Shown here: positions 23,337 through 33,600 of the stretch, piece by piece
How positions within the stretch are numbered: position 1 is the first letter of the stretch
Layout of the letters: each line of letters starts with the position of its first letter
Notes under the pieces: generated by a model
Databases searched by the model: none
Seen by the model: the letters and a program-made list of their open reading frames with translations, nothing else
What the model was told of the DNA's origin: nothing
Translations under genes and position numbers: made by a program
Source of the DNA: Pristiophorus japonicus
Taxonomy: Eukaryota
Assembly (NCBI RefSeq): GCF_044704955.1
Contig: NC_091995.1
Coordinates: 5,208,001 to 5,272,000, forward strand
Direction of reading: 5' to 3'
Length of the DNA: 64,000 nt

Positions 23337-25069
23337 CTCAACGGACGACTGACGAAAACTTGCGAATTAAGAGCCAGACTAGCCTTGGACGAGACGAGGG
23401 GAAAGTGGCCACTGGAGTGAGTATGATTTCAATACTGCTCCAGTTTCCCCCGGTTTCAAAAGTCTGAGGAAAGTGTGGCCACTCGCTGGTTCTCAGGTAG
23501 TGTCTGAACGAGATCCAGGACAATCTGGTGAATACCCTTCAAACTTAGAATAGGGATAGAGAGATAGGGAAATTGCGCGATGACGCAAACCAAGCGGCGA
23601 CTTGGAAAGATAGGTTATAGTTAGAGCTAGATAGGGATAGATGATCAATCATGGATCCAAAAATTAATAGGAAAGAAAAGAGACTCTTGTGAATGTCTGT
23701 TTAAATGAGAAATGCTTCTGTGATTTTTACTGTAAAAAAAAAGCCGGGGAGTTGTGGTTTGTTTTATCTCAAACAGAATGAAAGTTTGTTTTAACCCTTC
23801 GTAGTGTTGTCCTGTATGTGGGAATTTTAAGAGTGTGAACCTTATTGAATTACGTATATTCGGATGATAAGTTACGGAGCCAGGAAATGCACAAAGGATA
23901 GGTTTGTTAAAAGAAAAAAATTACATGGTCCCGGTGGTTAAAAAAAAAGAAAAACTTGTTGAAAGAAAACATTCAGAGAAGGCACAGCAAAGCAAATGAG
24001 ATGGATTCAAAAGGATTCCAAAAAAAAATTATATTAAATAACACGACCTTGAGGCTGGAACAATTGAGATAACGAAAAGCAGTCCACAGCCTACGTGCCA
24101 GACTTCTCTCTAGTTATGAAAAAAAATAACGTACTAAATGTTCTGAGATTTTAAATTATGAGAAAAATTCCACTGCAGTAAAAAAAAAATCACTCCTGTC
24201 CAGTTGGCAGAAAAACTCCATTAAATTAGGGCTTTCATTGACTGATTGAATTTAAACTGCGCAGTAACGCGAAAGGATAGGGAAATTTGGAGACTGAAAG
24301 AAATTAATTGAGGCTCATAAGACTTTAGAAAATTAGAAAATTAGGCTCACAGGGAATAAAATGGGGATTTAAATAGAAGATAGGTGTTCAACTCAGGTAC
24401 GACGTCGACCTTGTATATCACTTGGCCCGTCTAGGCTCTGATTGAATTAAAAAAAAAACCCCCGCAGCAACTCGGAAGGTAGGGCCGACGCGAACGCGCA
24501 GCGGCGCAGACGCACAAACAACGCGAGACGCGCAGCGGCGCGAGCGTCCGGCCGAGAGGAGAAGGGCCGAAACGAACGCGCAGGAAAGCGAACGCGCAGT
24601 GACGTAGACGCGCAGTACGTAAACGCGCAGTGACGCCAACGCGTAGTGACGTAGAGGCGCAGCAACGCGAATCGCGAAAGTCAGTGCTAATGTCAGTAAG
24701 TCTTTGTAAGTCTTAAGTGTTTAGAGTTTTAAGTAAAGTTTTAAGTATTGAAATCGCGCGGCGACGCGGGTAAGTGTTAGAAGTCCTTGTTTATCTTTTA
24801 AAGTTTTAAGTATCTTAACTCGCGCGGCGACGCGAGCCACGGGTCGACGCGGATTGCGCGGCGACGTGAACTGCGAGGCGACGTGGTAGTTTAGTATCCT
24901 AAATCGCGCGGCGACGCGGGTCAGTGTTAGCATTAGTAAAGTTTGGTTATTTGGAGTTAGTTAAAGTCAGTGTTAGTTTCTGTAAAGTCTGTGTCTATTT
25001 TTAAGTTTGTTTAAATTGCACGACGACACGAACGCGTAGCGACACAGTAATACGAGGAGCAGCGTGAAA

Positions 25070-26511
25070 ATGGGTAATCAGTTAGATAAAACCACGGATG
25101 CGGATAGTCCGCTACAAAAGCTATGTGAGGAATTCCCTGAAAGAGCTGAAGACTTTAGAAAGTTATCAGGAGCCCTGAATAAATTATTAGGGGATGACCA
25201 GTGGCCTCTAGGTGGCACTAGAAGCGTAGAGGTAGCAAAAAAAAAAGCACAGGGATTAATTTGGAGAAGGGGACGAGGAGAAGGGGCTAAAAATTTAATT
25301 GCAACCTGGCGACATTATTGTCAGAAATTAAAAGATGCATCACTTCTGTCAAGTTGGCAAACAAATGCTATTAAATTCGGACTTGCATTGACAGAGGGAA
25401 CACATGTTAAAACTGTAGACGTCTTTAAAAAAAGAATGTGTGCACGAGAAACTTACTAAGAGATCCTCTGGGACCTCTGAGAAAGGTATTGATCAACTAC
25501 GAGTTAAAATGGCTGGCATTGTGTTAACCGAGGCTGATGATGAAATTGATGAGTGGCCACTGACTCAGCGCCCAACGGCGCCTCCCGCACCCCCTGGCCT
25601 CTTGCTCCAGTCCTCTTCCCAACACCCTCCACCTTACACTTCGGCGAGAGGAGTTAGGAACAACCACATATCACCAAAGCAACTAACCCAAACTGACTCC
25701 TCATCCTCTGATAGCGATTCGGATCCCCAGTTCACAAGCAATATAGCCGAAAGAACCAGATCTCATATCTCGACATCACAGACAGTCCCGTAAATCTTCT
25801 AGTCAATCTACCAGTCCAAGTTGTGAAAAACATAGCAAACACCCCCGCCGATCGAGACGCAGAACTGTCAAGCAGTCAGACAGCTCTGAAACATCCTCCA
25901 GCCTAGAAGTGATTTCCAAGATCCCAAAGTCCCGACACCAATTCCCTGTCAGACCAATGCCAAACCCTGATGCACAACAAGCTGCAGACCACCCCTCTAT
26001 AGATGTCTGTGATCTTCAAACAACTATTTGATTGCTCACGCTATCCAGACAAATGGAAAGGGCAGTTAGATATTATTGGCAGGAAAAGAAAGGGAAGGGG
26101 GGAGGTGCGCCCCCAACCCGAGTCAAGACTGAATACGTGACTAGAAGGGAAGAGCCGCCTCAGATGGAAGGACCAAAACCCGATCCAAGGGGATACCAGA
26201 TGGAACCGCAGTATTGCGTGCCTGGTTGGGTGAATAAGCAGGGATACGGTTATATCGAACACCCAAATGGCCCGGGCCCTGCTAATTACGGACCACCCTA
26301 CTGTCCCCGGCCTGGTATGGGAAAAGGTCGGGGCTGGGAAAGGAGAGATGGATGTTTTAATTGTGGGCAGGAAGGACATTGGATTAAAAATTGCCCCTAC
26401 CATCAGCGTGGAAGAGGAAGAGGAGGGAAAGGAGGGGGGCAAGGGGGGAGAGGAGGATTTTACACTAACTTCTCCCAGAACAACCCCTTTGGTCACTTGT
26501 CCCCCAATTGA
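25070..26511 (+). pseudogene. gag: ERV gag (frameshifted, most of capsid deleted)
   Basis: MGNQLDK start, PTAPP and PPPY late domains, single CFNCGQEGHWIKNC knuckle, TGA stop. Confidence 0.9.
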
Positions 26512-28960
26512 CTACACAGCTTGATTGTACAGGGATCCTCCCCGGACGACGAACCAATGATATCGTTAAAAATTCTGAATGAATGGCAACCCTTTTTGAT
26601 AGATACGGGAGCCTTCATGTCTTCTGTACAATCAAAGCTTAAACTCCCTGCCTCTACTGAAACACAGGAACTTTCGGGATTCCTGGGACAAATCTCGACA
26701 TTCCCGGTGTCAGAATTAGTTAAAGTGGGTTACCAAGAAGAATTGATAGAACATCGATTTGTCATCACTACCAATCTGGACTGTAACTTGATGGCTAGAG
26801 ACCTCCTCTGCAAATTCCAGTTGCATTTGGAGTGTGGAGATGATGGGATTATTGTAAAACAGGAAACCCTTAAGCGGCAGTATTATACCACTAGAACCCC
26901 TCAGTGGTGGTCTCTGGACCTGCCGCAGGCACCCTATCACGTGACCCTAGCATACGATCCCAGTGGAAAGAATCAGGACCTGCAGAACTTTTATCAGGAT
27001 CACGAAGGGGAAGTGAAGGGAATTCTATTAAGGGCTAGAGTGACTGGACTGGAAAGAGAGGCAGATTTTGTGGAAGTGGATAAGAATCTGTGGAAACAGC
27101 CCCTAACAATGGCACCGCATATTGCTCGTGAAGTATTAGCCCCTCACCATGCTAAAGATTTGGGAGTTATGGTACGCAAGGCCATAGATGAGGCTGACCC
27201 TACCAGCCGGGATGTGCAAATCGTAAAACATGGCCGAACAGTCCAATTTCATGGGGACCCCGAGAAGGTCTTAACGACTCTACAGCATCATACTGGCTCG
27301 GACATACCTGACTATGTGGATCCTCATGTGTGGGCAGAGAACCCCTCCCAAGTGGGTTATACTCCCATTGATCCGATTGAGATCCCAGTGCAGGGCAATG
27401 TGGACTGGCCCTCTATCCGACAGAACCCACTCAAATCACAGGCAATCCTAAACTGACCTTTCGGCACTGTACTGCAATTAATCCGGCCTGTATTCTTACT
27501 GAGCCACCCCAAGATGAGTAAGAACCCAGTCATGATTGCTTATCTTTAATTTAAGAGGCCACATCAGTCAGGGAAGATTTAGTTGATGTACCAATGGAAG
27601 ATCCAGACTGTATTCTTACTGAGCCAACCCAAGATGAGGAAGAACCCAGTCATGATTGTTTATGTATGTTGACCGAAGTACTTCTATTAATCCAGAAGAT
27701 ACACGAATCTCAGGATACGCCATAGTAAACCAGGAGAATCAGGTCTTGGAATCTGCCGCTTTTGAAACCGCCTATTCTGCTCAACAAGCTGAACTATTCG
27801 CCCTCACCCGAGCCTGTATCTTGGCCAAAGATCTCAAAGTCAATATCTATACCGACTCTAGGTATGTCTTTGGGGTGGTCCATGATTTCGGACAATTATG
27901 GAAAAATAGGGGATTCCTAACCTCGCAAGGGAATGAGATATCTCATAAACAGTTAGTATCTGATTTGTTGCAAGCACTCATGTTCCCCAAACGCATTGCC
28001 ATTGTCAAATGTACCGCCCATACTACCGGAAATTCTTTGGTTGATGTAGGGAATCGTTGTCCTGACCAAGAGGCCAAACAGGCCTCTCGTGACCAACAGA
28101 TGGTAGTGCCCAAAATTATGAGTCAGACTAAAAATCCTGCGAAGGATAAGTTAGCCTCGGAAAAACCAATGCCAACCATCCAAGATGTTATAAAAGCACA
28201 GGAGGACGCTCCTGAAAAAGATAAACTGCTGTGGAAATATTATGCATGTACTTATGACAATGTTTCTAAACTCTGGACCACTCCCGCGGAACAGACTTGC
28301 ATGTCTGACGAGTTGGCCTCATGGGTTATAGAATGTCTGCATTTTGCTACTCATTGTGGAGCAAGGGCAACAAGTGATACGCTTTTGGCTACTTGGGGGC
28401 ACCCTAGACTCCAGGCGCTCACCCAGAAACCAATAGTCGTTGCCTGGTTGGCCAGCAACATAATCCAGGGAAGGGAGTCCCCTGTGATTGAGGTAAAACG
28501 CCCCTACCCGAAGGTCCCTTTGAGACATTTCAGTTGGACTACATTGAGTTGCAAAAAGTTCAGTGTTACAAATATGTGGTAGTAATAGTAGATGTGTTTG
28601 GCAGATGGATTGAAGCCTACCCTAACCTGGACAATAAGACTCAGACTGTTGTTAAGGTGTTAATGAGGGAAATTGTTCCTAGATATGAGATCTCAGCTAG
28701 ACTGATGACCACCTATGTTCTTTCTCTGACTCAGGCTCTGCGACTAGTTCACAACCAGGTTCAAGATGCTCACCTCGACCTCCCAGTTTTACCCGAATTG
28801 TCCCTCGTGGCACCAGGGAAGTATGGATTCGGAAGGGATTAGAGCCACAATGGGAGGGGCCTTTTTAGGTGTCACTCACTACCCCCCACTGCAGCCAAGG
28901 TTGAGGGGAAAAGTGCCTGGGTTCACCTGCATTACTGCAAGCCACACCCTCTAACAAACC
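26512..28960 (+). pseudogene. pol: ERV pro-pol remnant: protease, 2H-like insert, RNase H, partial integrase; RT core deleted
   Basis: FLIDTGA; YHVTL..APHIA; RT start WAENP..IRQNPL then a jump at ~27442; SAQQAEL / IYTDSRY; IN LDYIEL..VDVFGRWIEAYP then deletion; WEGP. Confidence 0.9.
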
Positions 28961-29186
28961 TATTTTACTGGTTATTCTAACTCCTGTTTCTGTTCCAGAC
29001 TTCCTCTTCTCCATAGCTGAACAAGGCCGTTGGCATCCTAAATTGGAACGTGGACCAGTTTGAACTTTTACCCGTAGTGATAGACAGCCAGCTACACCGA
29101 CGGTGACCTGAGAAGAGAGACGGGAAAACTGAACTCTTTTAATCAGCAAAATAATTGGACTATTTATCTGAATCCTGAGCCATAAG

Positions 29187-29946
29187 ATGAGACTGTGTCT
29201 GTATGCCACTGTCTGCATAATAGTGTTGATATATGACAGTTTTGGCGCACGGGAAGGAAGACAAAGGCGAGAGCTCCATGTAAACACCTTTTTGTATATA
29301 TCTTACGTTTATGCGGAAAAAGGGCACTTCACTAGATGCTGGGTGTGTTCACATATCCCTATACATTCCAAAGGGGGAATTCCTTTGCGCACCGTTCCAC
29401 TGACCCTAACTGAGACTGTTAGATGGATTCAAAGAAACGATATTGGAACAGGTAGCTAACCGCACTGCTGAGGCTCTGGAGGGCATCACAGCTGAAATGG
29501 TAGCGATAAGGACCGTAGCATTACAAAACCGAATGGCCCTCGATTACCTGTTAGTTGAGAAAGGGGGAACGTGTGCCCTGATAGGATCTGAATGTTGCAC
29601 TTACATTCCTGATAGTTCAGAAAACATAACCCACCTTGCCGATCACATAAGGAGGGAGGTGAAGAAGTTATCCAAACCAGCAAAAGAACTTAGCAGGTTT
29701 GATTGGTTTCTGGGTGGATCTTGGAGATCCTATCTAATACATGGCGCAATTGTTCTCATCATAATAATTACCTGCTGTTTGATTGTTGGTTGCCTTAACC
29801 TCTGCTGTAAAGTAATGACAAGGTTAACAGACCCTCTTGTGGTCAAGGGTTCCCGGGTTATGATCCAACAAACTAGAGAACTACTCAACAATAATATGAT
29901 TCTGGAAAGGGAGTGCGAACGGATGAATGCAATACTCCTAGAATGA
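29187..29946 (+). pseudogene. env: ERV env remnant (gamma-type), most of SU deleted
   Basis: Signal peptide and CWVC, then an out-of-frame jump at ~29442 to TM with ISD LQNRMALDYLL, CX6CC and membrane anchor. Confidence 0.92.
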
Positions 29947-30609
29947 TTCTAAATGTTATCATAGAATGATAAAAGGAGGGATGTGGATATCTGAACGGAA
30001 TATATGGAATTAAGGACAGTAAAGTAAACGGGATATATGAAAATGTATAAGCCATGGAAGAATAGCTGGGAGAATGTCAGATTGCAAATAGTGCAACATC
30101 AGCATAGCTAACTGTCTTTCTCAAGGTTTCAAGTCACTAAATCCTGCCAATAACATCTAATTGTAACATGAAAGAAATCTGCAGAATTGCAAGGTCTCAG
30201 TTAATAGTCACACCACTAGATTGAAACATTTAGAGGCAATGCTTGTGCTTTCATAAAAAACATCTCATATAGATTGACTAATGAGTGGCTGAGTTAGACT
30301 GTCAATCCATTTGTATTTTGTTATCTGATTTCAAAACTGTATAACTGTTGACGCTTTACGATGTAACTTCACCTATCCGTAGGGAGTGTGTACGCTCTAT
30401 CCAGAGAGTATATCTTCTGTCTGATAGGTCTTACTGGCCGGTAATAAAGACTGCTTTGTTCAAAGCACAAGAGGTATTCGACTCAGTAATTTTACTGAAC
30501 CAGATTGAGGTAAAAGAATCCAGGAATTAACAAAGGTTATATTATTTGAATGGGGAGAAATTACAACATGCTGCGGTGCAGAGGGACCTGGGGGGTCCTT
30601 CTCCATGAA

Positions 30610-33600
30610 ACTCTTTTTGGGGAAAACAAAAACATTAAATCGTGGCCCCCCGATCTGGGGGACGCACCAAACATTTACAACGCCCATTTTTTGGATTTTT
30701 TTTTGTGTTTTTTTTAAAGTTTTTTTTTGGGCACTAAAATCATATTATTTTTTTCTCTAAGTACCCCCTATAAAAGGGGAGGGGGACACTAAAAAACACT
30801 GGCAATTAAAAACAAATTAAACTTTAAAACATAAAATCAAATTCAAATTTGGTTGCCGGGCGTGATGATGCACTCCAGTCCCTCCGGTGCCCACCTCTCG
30901 CGGAAGGCCGCGAGCGTACCGGTGGACACCGCGTGCTCCATCTCCAAGGACACCCTGGCGCGGATGTACGCGTGGAAGAGAGGCAGGCAGTCAGGTTGAA
31001 CGACCCCCTCGACCGCCCGCTGCCTGGACCGGCTGATGGCACCCTTGGCCGTGCCCAGGAGCAGTCCTACGAGGAGGCCCTCGGACCTACCCGCTCCCCT
31101 CCGCACAGGAGCGTGGGACTGAAGTGCAGCCAGAATTTCAGGAGCAGCCCCTTTAAATAACAAAACAGGGGCTGCAACCTCGTGCACTCAATAAAAACAT
31201 GGAACACGGACTCCTCCAGACCGCAGAAATTGCAGGCGGCCTGGGAGCCCGTGAACCGTCTTAAAAATTTATTGCACGGGACTGCTCCGTGCACCACCCT
31301 CCAGGCCAAGTCCCCGATAAATAGTGGGAGGACCCCCGCGTAGAGTGCCCTCCATCGGCGACCCCCGCCTCCTCCGGACGGCAAGATGGTACGCCATGGC
31401 GTGTCCGGATGGCAGGCGAGGATGGCAAAGTTGAGTGTGTGCAGGAGCAGCCCGTACAGGAAACCCCTCCGCGCGGAACTGAAAGGTACGGAAGGGATTT
31501 CCCCGAGGCGGCTCAAGTTGTGAGGCGCCGGCCCCCGAGGGAGGTTCCGGGGTTTGGCGCCGATGAGGAATTCCGTCCGGACGGGAGTCAGTTCGGACGG
31601 GATCTCCCCACGTGCTTGAGCCTCCTCGATGCACCTAACGGAGTCGGGGCCCAGAGCTCTTTTTAGCGACTCGATGGCATCGGCCGCGCGGCAGACGTTG
31701 GCAGAATTTAGGCGCCGCGCCAGCGTGTCTGGCGCCATCCAGCCTGCTCCTCCGCCATCGAGCAGGTCCCTGACCCTGGTCACCTCACCAGCCACAGCCC
31801 TCTCGTCCGACCGCCACCCAAAACCTCGGTCGTGGATTCCCGAGCAGCGGCTCCTGCAGGACGGCCGCCACTCCAGCCGGTGGAAAGCTGCACTTGGTGG
31901 AGACTTTGTTCCAGACCCTGATGAGTTCCTTGTAAAAGACAGGCAGCTCCCGGAGGGCGGTCCTGACGCCCCCCACACTCACAAACAGGAGCTGCGTGTT
32001 GTAGTTGAGGCCGTGCTGCTGGCGGAAGAAATACATCGCCAGAGCACGCCACCTAGGAGGGGGCTCAACGTAAAGGTATCTCTGCAGGGTCTGAAGACGG
32101 AAAGTCGCGAGCTGGGCACTGACGCACACCAACGACAGACCGCCCTCCCTAAGCGGGAGACTCAAGACAGCGGCAGAGACCCAGTGCTTCCTGTTGTTCC
32201 AGAAGAAGTCCACCAGCTTCTTCTGTATCTTGGCGACAAACGCAGGGGGAGGGGTCAAAGTGACCAGCCGGTACCACAACATTGCGGCCACCAGCTGGTT
32301 TATGACTGGCGCTCGACCCCTGTAGGACAGCACTCGGAGCAGTCCTGTCCAACGCCCTAGGCGAGCGGCGACCTTGGCCTCCAGCTCCTGCCAGTTCGCC
32401 GGCCAGGCTTCCTCGTCGGGGCTAAGGAAGACTCCCAGATAGAGGAGATGGGTCGTGCTCCAGGCAAAAGGCCTGAGCTCCTCCGGCAGGGAGTCCACCC
32501 ACCACTGACCCACCAGGAGTCCGAAACATTTTTCCCAGTTGATCCTGGCGGAGGACGCGGCCGAGTACATCTGGCACTCACGCATCCTCCGCAGGTCAGC
32601 GGGATCCTCTACCGCGAGGAGCACGTCATCGGCGTAAGCCGAGAGGACGACCTCCATGCCCGGCCCTTGCAGAGCCATTCCCATCAACCTCGTCCGCAGG
32701 AGGCGCAGGAAAGGCTCCACGCAGACGGCATATAACTGGCCGGACATGGGGCATCCCTGGCGCACCCCTCTCCCAAAGCGAAGGGGCGCCGTCAAGGACC
32801 CGTTAACCTTAATCAGACACTCCGCGGCAGCGTAGAAAAGTCAGATCCCGGCGACGAAATGCGTCCCGAACCCGAAAGCGCGCAGAGTTCCGAGCAGATA
32901 GTCGTGATCCACCCTGTCGAACGCCTTCTCTTGATCGAGGGATAGGAAGGCGACCGACAGACCAGCCTCCTGGGAATAATGGATGAGGTCCCGGACCAGA
33001 TGGATGTTATCGTGGATTGTCCGGCCTGGGACCGTGTAGGACTGGTCGGGGTGGATCATGTGGTCCAGCACGGCGCCAAGGCGAGCAGACATCACCCTGG
33101 CGAAGATTTTGTAGTCCGTGCTGAGGAGGGAGACCGGGCGCCAGTTCTTAAGGAGGCGGAGATCGCCCTTCTTAGGCAGCAGGTCGATGACTGCCCTGCG
33201 CCAAGAGAGGGGCATCTCCCCGGTCGCCAGACTTTCCCCCAGGACCCGCGCGTAGTCGCCCCCCAGGACGTCCCAGAACGCCCTGTGGAACTCCACGGTC
33301 AGCCCGTCCAGCCCCGGGGCTTTTCCCCTCGAGAGCCGGGCGAGGGCGCCGGTCAGCTCCACCAGGCTTAGCGGAGCTTCCAGATTATCGGCGCCCTCCG
33401 GGCCGACCTTCGGCAGGTCCACCCACAAAACTCTACGCGCTTCCTCGCTGGACGGATCCGGAGAGATCAGAGCCCCGTAATATTCACGGGCCCTGTTGTT
33501 GACGCCCTCCGGATCCGAGACGAGAGAGCCGTCGGCGGCCAGCAGCGTCAAGAGCTGCTTACGGACACTCTGTCTTTTTTCCAGCGAGTAGAAGAAGGGG

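Larger units (their letters stand above)
1..25176. repeat. Segmental duplication, copy 1 of the part seen twice (period ~38.7-38.8 kb)
   Basis: Base 1 sequence recurs at 38723. ORFs recur with offsets 38722 (227/38949), 38832 (3689/42521), 38829 (13184/52013) and ~38825 at gag. Near-identical, including all TE insertions. Confidence 0.98.
22766..30532 (+). mobile_element. Endogenous retrovirus (class I, gamma/epsilon-like), internally deleted, 7767 bp
   Basis: 551-bp TG..CA LTRs at 22766-23316 and 29982-30532 (2 differences seen), 4-bp TSD AAGG, PBS, PPT 29971-29981, and gag-pro-pol-env remnants. Confidence 0.97.

Noticed and set aside
24418-24933. Arg/Ala-rich minus-strand ORFs in the ERV leader
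   Set aside because: Explained by low-complexity CG repeats with few stop codons.
24660-25050. CRISPR-like repeat-spacer appearance
   Set aside because: Vertebrate ERV leader; irregular spacing, low-complexity spacers and no cas genes.
29443-29946. TM ORF as a domesticated syncytin-like gene
   Set aside because: No ATG start (TTG), out of frame with the signal peptide, and fusion peptide and SU deleted.
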